Source: Negaprion brevirostris (taxonomy: Eukaryota). From it: 64,000 nt of DNA. The translations under genes and the position numbers were made by a program. Positions 24,661 through 38,860 of this stretch are shown here, piece by piece (the first letter of the stretch is position 1; each line of letters starts with the position of its first letter). The DNA is taken from positions 50,130,495 to 50,194,494 of the forward strand of contig JARDVH010000025.1 of NCBI GenBank assembly GCA_030324005.1, given 5' to 3'. The notes below the pieces were generated by a model that worked only from the letters and a program-made list of their open reading frames with translations, had not been told where the DNA came from and searched no databases.

Positions 24661-25547
24661 TGTTACCATTAGCCCCAGGTGGGGATCCCCAAAAGTAATT
24701 GAACAGGGAGAGTCCCTTCAATTTGTCACCTTCCTCTAAGTGTCATAAATCTGGGTGAGGAGGAACGACTGGCTCTTTATCATTATTCAATCCACCCTCT
24801 GCTGGTAGCAGTAAAGGTTTTATCTAACAAAGTTCCCTTTCCCTTGGATACCTTTTCCAGACCCAATAATTATGGTTTAAAAAGAAGCCAATTCAACCAG
24901 GCTTTCTAGAGTTAAGATAGAGTAAGTTTGTTAACTCAGAGGAAAGGAGAAATGGTAAACTTGCATCTACATTCATTAGGGTTAAAGATAAGAATTGAGT
25001 TCAATGGTAAGTAAATATAAATAAAAAGTCACACAGAATGGTCCTTGAGTTGCAAGGAGTAGGATGATTATGCATTGCGGCCGTCACAATTATTTTCAGC
25101 ATAAAAGGCCTTTGCTGGCGAACAGTTAATTCTTCGGTTCAGGTATCCTGTATTTTGGTAGAGATTTCAGTGCTTTTCCAACTGAAATCCTCCTGTTGAC
25201 TTATTGACTTATGCAGAAGGAGATAAATGTTTAGATGTTCCTGCAAAAGTTGGTTATACTTGCAGGGGCCCTGCTGTTGGTTACTGTATCCTCCTCTGTG
25301 TGTGCACTCTTGCACACATGCACACACATACACACCGGTCTTCGGATAGTTGTACAAGTACTTTGTCTGGAAGTACAGGAAGGAGTTCCATTGTTCCTTA
25401 GAGGAACCACCTGCAGCTATTCTTATTAGTGACTGGTTGTACATACTCAACCATCTTTGGTGTCTATTTTAAAAAAAATACAACTTAAGTATTTTTTAAA
25501 ATTCAATATAATGTGCAATTCCAGGGCTTTTCTCCATTGTCATAACA
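24661..25547. mobile_element. Probable solo LTR
   Basis: Termini TGTTA...TAACA. Flanks ATAC and ACGC could be one 4-bp TSD after CpG decay. Confidence 0.45.
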
Positions 25548-27914
25548 ACGCTCAAATGTAATCAAATCACTTTGAACAATTTGACCACAGTTTCTCAAAA
25601 GTCAAGTTTCCTGCCTAAATCTTTCCACCGTGCTAATCTTATCTCTTCTTTTAGTTTATTCCACAAAACCTATCTCATTTCACAAGCTTTTGGCCAGCTG
25701 TCCTCATATATCCTTATGTGGACTGGTATCAAATGTTATTTCATAATGCTCCTATGAAGCACCTTTATGCATTTCATGATGTTAAAGATCCCATCTAAAA
25801 GCATATTTCATGCTGTTGTAAGTTGTCCATGAAAAGTTTAACAGATTGATGATGGAGAATGTTTTGGTTGAGTGCTTTTTTGAGATGCAGAACAATTTAT
25901 TCCAATCTGTTGTGTATTAAGAAATTTGGAACAATGCCCTTATTATTACCTTGGAGGAACTCAACATCAACAAGCTTATTTTTGTAATGTAGAGTGCAGG
26001 AGATTAAAATCCACAATAGTTCTGAGACTGATTGCTGCATCCACCTTTTACACGTGGCAGTCAAGGATACCCAATCTTTTCTGCCTTTTAGCAAACTAGA
26101 GAATGATTGGGAGCTGTGATTGAGATTTAGAAGGAGCACAGTTTTAAGATCCATAATTGAAGATTTATAGGACTACTAGTCTAAGAAACACCTTCAGAGT
26201 TACAAGATTCCAAATTGTATAAGCATGAATACTGCTAATTGGACATAAATTGAATATCTAAACTATATTAGTTAGAAAGTAGAGTCTCCACAAATCAAAA
26301 ATATTCCATCCATGAAATTTGATATAATATTATGTAATAAGAGATGATATTATGATTAATTATAATTGATTCACATAAGCAAATAAGTCAGATTCCAAAA
26401 CAAACTTTCCCTTATAATTGAAAAGGCGCAGGGCACTAAGTTACAAAATTCAGAGAAGAGAGTTCAAACCATTAATTACCTAACTATAAGATGTATTAGG
26501 CAGTGAATGATATGAAAATTATTATCTGATAGCTGATTTAAAATCTAACATTTCCAAAGCATATTCTGTCGGCTTTTATACCTGTTATTGTGAATGCCTT
26601 TCTTGCCAATTTTACATAGGTCATTACGATTATTACTCAAGTAACAATGTCATCCTCTACATAAACTGTTGCTTCCATCATTATATTACAGTGCACCAAA
26701 ACAAAAGTATTCAGTCTAATAATTTATACAATTTTCCGTTTTGCAAATCATTTCAGTACAATTAACGTGCACAACATAAAATATTAGTATTTTGCATGTA
26801 CATTTCAGACAAACAATGAAGAGTTGTGTCAGGCAAGTTATGTGTTTAACAGAAATGGAGAACATAATGGTAAAATATAATTTGAGCCTTTGGCATCACA
26901 TCATTATACCAAAATGTTACTTTAATGCATTCTACATGACTAGCTTTAACCTTGCTGGCCACACTCTAAAACAGTGAAGTTTCATCTGGAGATAATTTAT
27001 TGAGTTATGCTGCTGCCTTTTTACAGAAGGACTATTAGCATACTTGTCACACTGTATCTGACAGATGGACAGCTGACACCCACTGTATCTGCCACATCAA
27101 TGTGGCAAGACCATGAGATGTAGAGAATGAAAGAATCATAAATGACCTTCTGATTCAAGTAATCTTTATACATTTAAAAAAATATATATTTTCAGCACAA
27201 TCCTATCTACATCATACTTTCCCTGTAATTCCTCAGCTGTTTATGCCCAATGAGCTCAAAATTTGCTTTGTCTGCATCTTTGCAAACTGAACAGAAATTC
27301 ACAATTGGGATTAAAAATGTTAATTTATAACGATTCAAAACAGAAGATGATTGTTGGAGAGCCTCTTGCTGCAATCAGATGTATAAGTGGAAGCAAGCAC
27401 ATGTAATCCTACTATGTTGAACACTGAAACAGGAGTATCAGGAGAAGATGGTGTGGTAACTATGTCAAATGTTGCAGGATGGTCAAAAAAAATGAGGAGG
27501 GATTACTAAACCATGGTCACAGTCACAGAATCATTTGTTGGTTAGGCCTGTTTTGGCGCTGTAGCAAGAAAGTTTTGAACATTCAGTTAAGAGAAAGCTT
27601 GTTATGAATTCAGGGGATGGCAACATATTCAATAAGATCAGACAGTAAGCTGAGGAACTGGGGATGGAATAGAAGTTTACAAGGACAGGAGGTTGTGGAT
27701 AAGGTCTTATGAAGAGGGTGGAAAGGACAGTAATTTTGAAAGGCAGGAAGACAATCTGAAGAGAGAGCACCAATAATAATTCCAGTTAGTTTGGGAGCCA
27801 CGAAAGAAAGTTGGGCAGTTAGCATTTAATTGGGCTCATGGGGTAAGGAGGTCAATTTCCTGTGTGGGGTAATGTGGAGAGGGTATGAGAGGAGATGCTA
27901 AAAAGACAGAGAAT

Positions 27915-28250
27915 TATAGAATCCCTATAAGTGCAGAGGGGGGCCATTTGACCCATCAAGTTTGCATTGAACCTCTGACAGAGTACCTTACCCAATCCCT
28001 TTCTCCACCCTTTCCCTATAACCCCATATTTACCATGGCTAATCCATCTAAACCACACATCTTGGGGCACTAAGGGGCAATTTTGCAAGACTAATCCACC
28101 TAAACTGCACAACTTTAGACTGTGGAAGGAAACTGGAGCACCCAGATGAAATGCAGTCAGATATGGGGTGTACAAATTCTACACAGTCACAGTTGGATTA
28201 GAACACAGGTCTGTGGCTCTGTGAGGCAGCAGTGAGAACCACAGTGCCAC
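27915..28250 (-). mobile_element. HE1-type SINE
   Basis: Reverse complement of the 16061 and 38522 type element, with head and tail present. Confidence 0.8.
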
Positions 28251-30679
28251 ACATTAGGCCAAGTGCTGCCCATGTCAATGATGAGAATGTGGGAGGAGTA
28301 ATGCCTCAAAATGGCAAGGTCCAAGGGGGCAGTGTTGGTGGGGGGGGGGGGGGTGGGGTGGTGTGTGGGTGCGGAGTGCAGGCAATCATAATAAAGCCTA
28401 GCGCATTATTCTTTAATATGCTTTACAGTTTATATACTTCAGTCATGAATATATTGCCATAGAATAGTGGTGTCGAAATTCTTATTTTGAGGATGATTTC
28501 CTCTCTATTTCATCAGAGGGTGGACTTACATAATTCAGCTTAATTCTAGTGCCTTTTATAGGTTAACTTTCTCAATCCTGTCCCTGCTTAATGATCTCAC
28601 TTAAAATCTGTGACAATTAACTTTAACTTTATAATTTGAAACCAATACTTTTGGCACAAGTGTCAGTTGCAAGGTGACTATCTTGTTTCAACATAATGAC
28701 AGAACAGCCTTTTGTCCTCATTGAAAATTTATGTTCTGAGTTGATGGGCAAGTGTCTTTGAATGTACAAATAACCATTGTATATTGCTCTATTTAATAAT
28801 GAAAACAAATATTAACTGTATCAATAGAATACTTTTAGGGTTTTCTACAGCTGCTGAAACAGAATTTGTCTAAAAGATCATTTTCTTTTTATGTCCAACT
28901 GCTGGATCTAGTGGCAATGCTGACAATGAGTCAGAACAACCCCATGAATGTAATGTATAACGTATTAACAATGATTCACAGTGACTGAATAAGTCAAATT
29001 GTAATGTTTTTATATGGTAGTTGGGGATTCTGATGATTGTTCAGTGATGAAATTCTATAGCCTGTGACTTATGATAGCCATAGCCTATTACCCATTATTA
29101 TTGCATGCTATTTTATTGGTGTACTTATTTATTTCCTTTTACCTTTTTAAAAGGCCAGGATAAAGTTAACAGCACAGGGGGAGGAAGGGAGGGGTGGGTG
29201 GTGATGTAGAGAAGGGGGAAATCAAAGAGTTTAGCAGCACTCTGAGTCTTGGACTGTGTTCAATTTGAGGAAGGATGATCTTGAATTCTGTTCTTAAAAC
29301 GTGGTAATTGCTGTCAAGATCACACGTATTACCCATCCTTAGTTGTGTTAGATGGAAGTGGTGGATCTTCTTGACAGCAGTTATTGTAGTTATATGGTGC
29401 ATCTAGGTTAGGAGTGGGTGCTTGGCTGTGTCTTTGGCAAATTCTGCCCATTTGCAATACAAGGAGCTAATAGCATGGGGTGAATCTTGTGCTCAGATAC
29501 AAAATGGTGTCTGCAGTATGTACAAACACATCCGGTGCATTTCTGGAGCTGGGAACATCTGCCAGAGTATCATGCTGTCAATCTGTATGTAAGGCTGATT
29601 TCATGCCTGCAGTACCAACTGGTGAACACCCTCTCTTAATTTCAGAGAGCTGAATATACGTTCAACATCAGGAAGGAAAACCTCCGCAGCGCTAAGTCAA
29701 AGGATCATAAATTGCTTACAGGTTAGTTGCTGTATCACCATTCAACCAGGTTCTAATTTGTGAAAGAGATGGGATTGTAATTGAAATGGGATTGTGTTGA
29801 AGGGAGGTTTTGGGGGAAGAAAGAGGTGCGTGCTTAGATCATCTGCAGCTTGTAACTCAGAGAAGACCCTGGGCTGAGGGGGAAATGGGATATGAGAAGA
29901 TACATTAGGAGTGAGTTATAAGGTCACCTTTGATCTATTCAGCTCTGCTGCTGCCCTTGATCTCAATTATTGCTGCCTCAATGTTGACTGTCACCATCAA
30001 GCTTAGAGTATGCAACTATGATCTCCTCTGTCAGTTACGTGTTGCCACCTGTGGTGCTGAGCCAACTTACTATGCAGCATAGTGAGAGGTGTGTCAGTGA
30101 GTACAGCATAATGTGTTTGGATAATGTGTCTGTTATGGTTGAATAGCTGTGGGATCAAGCTGTGGGATATGAGTGCAAGTGCTTGAAGCTATGCATGCGA
30201 ATGAGTTATGAATGTAAGTTGTGATTCATAATTGATAATGATGATTGGTAGATGAATGAAAAGGTGTTCGTAAATTTAGAAGTTTGTGAGGTTAGTTGTT
30301 CATTTGTAATTTGTAATATAACATTTGAATATCGGAAAGAACAACACAGCACGGGAAACAGGCCCTTCGGCCCAACGAGCCCACGCCGCCGTCCCATTGT
30401 CAGTGACCTATNNNNNNNNNNNNNNNNNNNNNNNNNNNNNNNNNNNNNNNNNNNNNNNNNNNNNNNNNNNNNNNNNNNNNNNNNNNNNNNNNNNNNNNNN
30501 NNNNNNNNNNNCTGCCGCATGCGTGCCCCTTGCTGGTCAACAAGGTGGACTTAGATGCCTGTGGAGACAAAAAATTCATTATTAATATATCCATTCATTG
30601 CTTTTGACCACTTGTGTAATGTCATTGAATTTCTTGTAGCACTGGTATCCAGGCCCTTGGAGTTAGATGCTGGTGTTTT

Positions 30680-30855
30680 TTTTTACTGTTCATTTGTGGG
30701 ATGTGGCCATCGCTGCTAGGCCAACATTTATTGCCCATCCCTAATGTCCCTTGTGAAGGTTTGGTGAGCTGTGTCTTGAACCACTGTAGTCTATGTGAGG
30801 TAGATTCACCCACCATGCTGTTTGGAGGGAGTTCCAGGACTTTGGCATTGATCAC
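30680..30855 (-). mobile_element. CR1-like LINE 3' tail
   Basis: ttttttt..catttattgcccatccctaat..gaaggt..gagctg. Confidence 0.7.
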
Positions 30856-30859
30856 GATG

Positions 30860-31010
30860 GCTATCTGCTGCCACTATCTTACTGGTTTCTGTCTGGAGAA
30901 ACTCCTGGATCATCAAGGAAGATTTCTCACCTCCTGTTCCACTCCTCTATCAAGGCCTCTACTGCTTAATCAGAGAACCATGGAAATGCGTTCTGCCCTG
31001 TTCATGATTT
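30860..31010 (-). pseudogene. Myb/SANT-like DNA-binding domain fossil, probably a Harbinger accessory ORF
   Basis: Minus-strand translation PWFSD*AVEALIEEWNRR*EIF resembles the PRFSD.ELE.LVEEV..R..LF motif of MSANTD/NAIF1-like Harbinger proteins. Contains stop codons. Confidence 0.45.
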
Positions 31011-32714
31011 TTTTGTAATTTTCCTGCTCAAACACTCTTCCCCAGCTACTTCCAGCGGTTGCTCCAATCAAAATGTACTTCACCTTATGGAGGTGTAGGT
31101 TGGTTTTATGTGGTGCAGACCAACTTGAACTCATCCTAGCCCCTCATGATTTTTTTCTGTCTCCTCACCACCATTCAGCAGCACACTTGACACTGGCTGC
31201 ATGCTGTTATCAGGTTGCCTGCATCAGGTGCAGGATAATTGCATATTACAATGCCAATGCCCATTTTCATGCCTTACTGAATTTCACAGGACTGGGGTCC
31301 AGCAGAATTGAGGGGATGTTCCCACCATCAGACCCTTGGCAGCACAGGGAAGAATGTCATTCTAGAGTCTGGCAGTAAGGGAAATTCTCATATTCTGTTG
31401 CTGTTAGGTAGAATTTTAAGTCAATAGAGCAATAAAGGGCCTTGTGGCACTGGTGAAGGTGAGTTCCTATACTGTTCATATTAAGAATTGTTATATAAAC
31501 TCCTATCATCTTCTTGACTTCCAAAAGAAAAATCAGATCTTGTGTGGGTAGAACAGCTCAACAGGGACAATAAATGTGGTCCTGTGGGCTAGGAACTTTG
31601 TGCAGTAATTTGGGTTGGACATGTGACTAGACCTGTAACACAGGCTAAACTGTACTGACAACACTTAGCTTCTGGTAGATTTTGTTCAGCTAGGAGAGCT
31701 AAATGGTTGAAGCTGAAATGAAATGAATTTATTGATTGATTGGATTGGTTCTACTTGGTTTTGTTGGTAGATGTTGCTTGAAATCTTAGCCTATGAGTTA
31801 AACTTTGTTGAGAATGAAATATAAGCACATTAAAATGAGTTACTGAAGTTGGACTGAATCAGAAAGTGTACCCTTAGGTCTGAGCTAGGAAAAATGATAT
31901 GAAAACTGAAAAATGTATATCACTATATTTTAACAATATTATGTATAATTTAAGTCTAGGAATTATAGTTGGCAATACCAGATAAATATTTTAATATGTT
32001 CATATACTATTCTTCTCTAGGTTACTTTTGCAAATGCATTCACCCATTTAAAACCATTAGCTTTTATCATATTAAAACTGGTACTGTTGCATATTTTACG
32101 TGGAGCGTAAAAAGGATTCCCAATTCCACTCTGCAGTGGGGAGGAGAGGATGGAAAATAGTTGTGCTAAGTTTTGGGCATTTATGTTGCAGGAAAACATG
32201 GCTGGAAGCTAGTGGGAATGCCCATTTTTGTTTCAAACATTTTTTGGCCCAATTCCTGTCTTAGCCAATGCAATCAACTGTGACAGATGGAAAATTAAGT
32301 AGACAGCAGATTTATCTCATGCAGCAAAATCCCACTGAGGGCAGATGTATACCACGGCCCTGTCACTTCTGGCACGAAAACTTGCAAGTGGCAGAGACTG
32401 ATGACGAATCCGAGTCTCTGCTTGCAGTTTTCCAAACAACATGTCTTACGAACGCTATTCTTTTGCACTCTGACTTTAGTGGGTCATATCAGCCCCAGCT
32501 TTATAAAGGATGACAGTAATGTTGCAATAAGCTTCATCGAGGCAAATTCTGTGTAATAACACACACACGAGAGAACATGTTCAGAATGTCGCTATATATT
32601 AGGGTCCTCTGCAGTAGACTTGCCTGAATCTTCTACAGAGTCACTGACATGTTCAGGGCTTGAGGAAAAGAAACTGGCGAGATAATTGCTTTAAATCGGG
32701 ATTATCCCATAAAA

Positions 32715-32787
32715 TCTCTGTATAGCGCGCAAGAAACAAAACTTTTCACTGTCTGCCAATACATGCGGCAATAAATCAAATCAAAAT
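32715..32787 (+). mobile_element. Extreme 3' tail of a Rex1/Babar LINE
   Basis: tgtatagcgcgcaagaaacaaaacttttcactg..aataaatcaaatcaaa matches the tails at 22775-22850 and 54740-54805. Confidence 0.7.
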
Positions 32788-34434
32788 GACAATATACCAT
32801 GTGGCTTCACTGGTTCACCAAATAATATTTTAGGACAAGCATTGTCGGGATTTCTTTCAACTTTTACATATTCTAAATGAGAACATTGTGCAGAATAATT
32901 CAATTGAATAGATTTTCAGGTAAAATAACTGAGAAACAATGAAGCAGCATTGCAAAAATGCTGTAAAAGGCTGGCGTGTAGTGTGTATGTTGTGGAGGAG
33001 TGGGGGGAGGGGGTCGAATTAAGAAAAAGTCGAAAACCCAGCTAAAGGAAAGTGCATGAAGCTGAATGACACGACGAGGGAGGAAACAAAACAAAACGAC
33101 GAAATCAAAGCTTCTTGCTCGTTGCAAATTCACAGACTGGTGCAAAACACAAGCTCCCCCCACGCCCCCACCCCCCGACCCACTCCATCTCCAATAGATA
33201 GAGCAATGCATGCTACTAAAATGCTGAATAAAGCCTCACAAAATACGTGCGTAAATTTATAATCGAATTAGTTCATAAATTCAAAATAACCGCCAGTAAT
33301 TTTAAATGACAACTGTTAATTAATCCTCTGTCAGTTCACATAAAAATGAATATTAGTCTCATGCAAAAGATTTAGCCTCGAGGATCCATCTGTAGCAAAT
33401 AACACCAATCACGCCTGGTGGGGCACTGGCATAAGATATGAAAGCTCACGGTACAGTTTATTATCTAGTAACCTTTTATTTTCTATTCTTAGTTGACTTG
33501 AGGTTAAAAATACTCCACGCTAAACAAGATTCACACACACACGCACAGAGCCAACAGTGCTCTTGTTTAAGGAGCACTGAGGAAGTGGTGCTGAAGGATA
33601 GTTGGAAGCGTGCAGTATACAATTACAGACCTTCTGTCCACCAGTTTTAGATGTACGAGGAAGTGCGAGTGGAAACAATAATTACACCAATGCATTTTTT
33701 ATTACCCCTGACTAATGATTGACATCAATGTTTATCGGTCAATTACATGCACCAACTCAGATTACGGCTTTGGAATATAACATCTGCCTGCAACAGTCAC
33801 CAACACAAGTTTGCGTTTATTTATTTTTTGGTTCTTTTCTTTCAAATGTATGAAAACCCATGCGGCATTGTGTGCGCATTCGTATTTAACGCTCCCGGTG
33901 CCTGTGTGTGGGATATGGAGATCCACTTTGCAACTGTTTACCGCTGCCATTGTAACAGACCAATTTGCCTTTTAATACAACTAGATTCCCAGTCCCAACT
34001 GGGGTCCGTGCCTTTCCTGCAATTGCCCTCGTGTGAGTCAGTAAGCTCTCGCTGTCTCTCTGCCCCTCACCAGCCCCTCCCCTTATCACCTCCCACTCCC
34101 TGCTTTTCCTCCCCTTAACAACATCCCTTGCTTGCTGCCTCTCTCCTGCTCACCACTCTTCCTCCTACTGATTCTCCATTTACCACAGGCGGAATCCTGT
34201 GCAGGGACCACATGTCCTTTCTGCCTCCACCCCAGTTAATTCCATAGTCAGGAGGCCCATGAATAACCTTCCTGCCCTGCTGCCAATTGACACCCTGAAA
34301 TGGGCAATTAGTGCTCACTTCAGAATCTTATACTGCTGACACTGGGAGTAACCCAGAAGCAAGGGGGGCAGGAGGATTACCATGTGGGCGTAATAACTCC
34401 CATGACTTCACTGGATCCCCTCACGGGATCGAGG

Positions 34435-34578
34435 GTGATGTATCTAAATGGATATAAAACTGGCTTGATGACAGAAGCCATAGGATGGTTGTAGGGGTTG
34501 TTTTCCAAACTGGAGGCATGTGACCAGTGGTGTGCTTCAGGGATCGGTGCTGGGTCCACTGTTATTTGTCATTTATAT
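34435..34578 (+). mobile_element. CR1 reverse transcriptase fragment, cut by an assembly gap
   Basis: VTSGVLQGSVLGPLLFVIY (the SGVPQGSVLGP motif). Confidence 0.75.
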
Positions 34579-34678
34579 NNNNNNNNNNNNNNNNNNNNNN
34601 NNNNNNNNNNNNNNNNNNNNNNNNNNNNNNNNNNNNNNNNNNNNNNNNNNNNNNNNNNNNNNNNNNNNNNNNNNNNNN

Positions 34679-35216
<538 letters not shown>

Positions 35217-35819
35217 TAGTACTCCCCCACTCCCCCTCTATCACAGATTTACACTTTTCTTTCTGCATTTATGTAATTCATTAGTTAATAGAAAACAGCC
35301 TCTGATTTATCAGACCACGTTTGGGCGCTGTTTTACTCAAAGTTAATACCTGTGGCAGTTTACAATATTTATTTTGTTCAAGATAATAAAGATTTTTTTC
35401 TGTAGTTTGTTAAAGGCAGAGTGATTGAAATAAAGTTTCAAGGATGGAAGCGTGTTACATAATCCCATGGACTAAATTTTCGTTGTCCACGGCAAGACAG
35501 TTTCAGTGACATCTCTTTTTTTTTAAGTTATGGGGTGGAGTATAGTTCAGAGTAGCTGCTTCTGTCTAATCAATTCCAGAATTTCTAACATTGGAGTCAT
35601 TTACCTGTTGTAAGCCTTTATGAACAATCCTGGCCATCAAACCGGGGAATGTTAAAGCCCATGAAATGCTTTCTTCCAGGAGAAAGGGAATCGTGGAAAT
35701 GGCTAAAAAAAAATCCACTTATTAACAAAGACTTTTTATGAAATATTGTTATCATTCAGTCTGTGGATATTAGATAATTCCAACCGTTGAAACATTACAA
35801 CTGTGATTATTTCTTAAAA

Positions 35820-36490
35820 CACTGGCGAATTTGTAGGAGCCCAGATAAGGGTAGCGGAACAAAGGGATTTAGGGCAGGGATTCACAAATCAATAAAAGTG
35901 ACATTGTAGGTTAGCAAAGCCATAACAATCCAAACAAAGCACTGGGGCTCATTTCCAGAGAAATGGAATTGAAAAGCAGAAAAGTTATGCTAAACTCATC
36001 TCGGACCTTGGTCCCACAGTACCAAATACATAGTTCTGGTCTCCATATTCGCTAAAGAGGAAAGGGACATTGGGGAATTTTTTAAAAATTACAAGGATAA
36101 TACCAGAACTGAGAGATTAGAACCGACGGGAAAGATTGAAAAGCTACAATTCTTTTCTCTAGACTGGGGGCAATTTGTTGGACGTCTTTAAGATTGTGCA
36201 GGGGAGATGCAGAGAAGGTGTTTCCACATTGAGGACTCCAGAACTAGGGTTCACAAATATAAAGTAGTCAACAATGAATCCAGTCAAGAATGCAAAGAGA
36301 AACTTTGTGGCCCAAAGAGTGAGGAAAATAGCATTGGTGCATTAAAGAAATGCATGCGGAAGATAGGAATAAAAGACTTTGCAGATAGGCTTAGAAGAAG
36401 TAGGATGTGAGGAAACTCATGTGAAGCATAAACGTTAACGTAGATGAGCTTCTCTGAATGAGCTGTTTTCTGTGTTATAAACGGTACACA
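35820..36490 (+). mobile_element. Old CR1 LINE 3' fragment
   Basis: Degenerate RTLV, DVFKI and SRTRVHKYK motifs of the CR1 ORF2 end. Confidence 0.6.
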
Positions 36491-37379
36491 AGTCCATGCA
36501 AGACCTTGACTTGGTGCACTGTCTTTGGAGGTCTGGGTGCTGGTCCATATCACTATTGCCCTAAACCTTTCTATCACTATGTTTACTTGTCAAAATCTCT
36601 CCAAATTCATCTTTCCAACCAACATTTTCATCTCCCACCAACACCCACTCCAGTTTTCTTTTTCCCTTCCTGGATTGACATCTACCTTGTAATTCTTATT
36701 TGTGTAGTAGCCTTGGCATGTTTCGACATTAAATATAGAGTGCAATTTGTTGTTGCTTTTGTTATTTAATGATGATCCACATTTATAGGGATATTTAAAT
36801 TAGGTGCAGGTTCACTCTACTTGTAGCATTCCTCTGCAATATTTTCAGCAGCTCTACCCATTTTAGCAACTGCTTAATCCAAGTATGTGTCATGTTAAAT
36901 TGGAAAGCTGTCAGCTTTGTGAAAAAATGGCTATGTTGTTTAGAGAGCTCCTATCTGTTATAAATGATCAGATGGTCTATTTTTAACTGCTTTATTATGC
37001 AGCTATTGTAACTCTTCTGATTTTATTTAGATGTGCTGCAATTATTTGGATATTCCTCCAAAGTGACAATGAATGAAAGGTGTAAAGAGTGATAAAATTA
37101 GATTTTCTTCATAACTGTAGAATCCAATCATGTAATTAATTAATAGTGAAGGAAGAGGGGAACATTCATCAACTTCCCTCTGACATGGACACAGACGCAT
37201 TGTAGCAGCTGTGCTTATAGCTGGCATTGGGAGGTTTGAACCATTTTCAGATTTGGTCCTCATTCAAATGCTGCCAGTGCACTAGAAGAATGCACCAAAT
37301 GGGTGCTTTATTGCAGATTGCTAGCTGTGAGAGGGCAGAAAATCTGTAAACCCCCAAGCTGAGCTGGCTAACAGGGCAC

Positions 37380-37780
37380 AAAGGAACGTAGGAAATAAGA
37401 GCAGGAGTAAATAATATGGCCATTTGAGCCTACTCTGCCATTCAATACAATCACAGATAATCTTCAGCCCCAACTCTATCTTCCCACTGGCTCTTCATTT
37501 ATGTTGATTCCCTGAGAATTCAAACATCCATCCAGCCCATGCTTGAATATAACTCAAAAGGGAGCATCCACAACACTCTGGAATTCCAAAGACTTACAGC
37601 TCTGCGAATGAAGAAATTTTGCCTCATCTCAATTCTACATGATTTGCTCCTAATTTTGAGATGGTGCCCCTCCTTGTTTCAGATTCTCCAGCCAGGTGAA
37701 ACAATCTCTCAGTATCTACCCTGCCTAACAACTTCAGATCATATGATTCAATTAGATCCCTTCTCATTCTTATCTGGTTC
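37380..37780 (-). mobile_element. CR1 LINE 3' fragment
   Basis: RMRRDLIESYDLKLLGRVDTERLFHLAGESETR. Tail aggaaataagagcaggagta. Confidence 0.7.
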
Positions 37781-38521
37781 ACTTGGATTGGGGAGAGGGG
37801 GAAGGGAAGGCAAATCAGCTGGGAGCAGGTGTGTGTAGCAGGGAGCAAGGTGGGGTTAGGTGATGTCGAGTAGGGTGGAGGAAGATGCAGTCCTTGCACA
37901 GGCTCACAGTTCAGTTGGAAAATTTTCATGGCCCCACCATTGCTCACTTTAACCTAAAGTATCCCAAGATACATCAAAAGGGTGTCACAAAGCAAAATAT
38001 GACACAGTCACGTTTGGGTTAATGACCAAAAATTTGGCTGAAGGAGTATATTTAAGCAACATTTTAAGGAAGGAAAAAGAGATAGAGGTTTGGTGAAATA
38101 ATTCCAGAGTTTGCTAACTGAAAATGTGATGAATGAATTATCATCTGGAATACACGTTAGTAAATTAGAATCGCCAAGAGTTAACAAAGATATAGGTGAG
38201 GGTTTTAGCAGCAAATGAGTTAAGGCAGCAATTGATTCGAGTAATTGATAATTGGAAACAGTCAGTCTTAGTGACGATGTGACTATGTAGTCAGTTCAAC
38301 TTGAGGTCAAATGCAGAAGCAACATTGCAGTCTAGTTCAGCTTCAAACAGTAGTGAGTGTGAAGGGATCAATGGTTAGGGAATACAGTTTGTCATCCCAA
38401 ATTTTAAGTGGAGGAATTTGCCCTTCAGTACTGGATGTTGGGCAAGCAGTCTGATGTTATAGATACAGAGGGGGGGATTAGGAAAGTTGGTTGTGAGGTT
38501 GAACTGGTATGGTCAGTGTAA

Positions 38522-38860
38522 ATTGGTGGTACAGTGGTTGGCACTGTCACATCACAGCACCAGTGACCCAGGTTTGATTCCAGCCTTGGTGACTGTGTGG
38601 AGTTTGCACATTTCCCCCAGTGTCAATATGGGTTGCCTCCAGGTGCTCTGGTTTCCTCCCATAGTCCAAAGTTGTGCAGGTTAGGTGGATTGACCACAGT
38701 AAGTTGCCCCTTAGTGTCCCAAGATGTGTAGTTTAGAGGGATTAGTGGGGTAAATATGTGGAGTTATTGGGATAGGACCTGAGCAGGTTGCTCTGTTGGA
38801 GAGTCAGTGCTGACACAAAGGGCTGAGTAGCCTCCTTCTGCACTGTAGGGAGGCTATGAA
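38522..38860 (+). mobile_element. HE1-type SINE
   Basis: Head ggtggtacagtggttggcactg..ggtttgattcc and tail gcctccttctgcactgtaggga. Confidence 0.8.
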
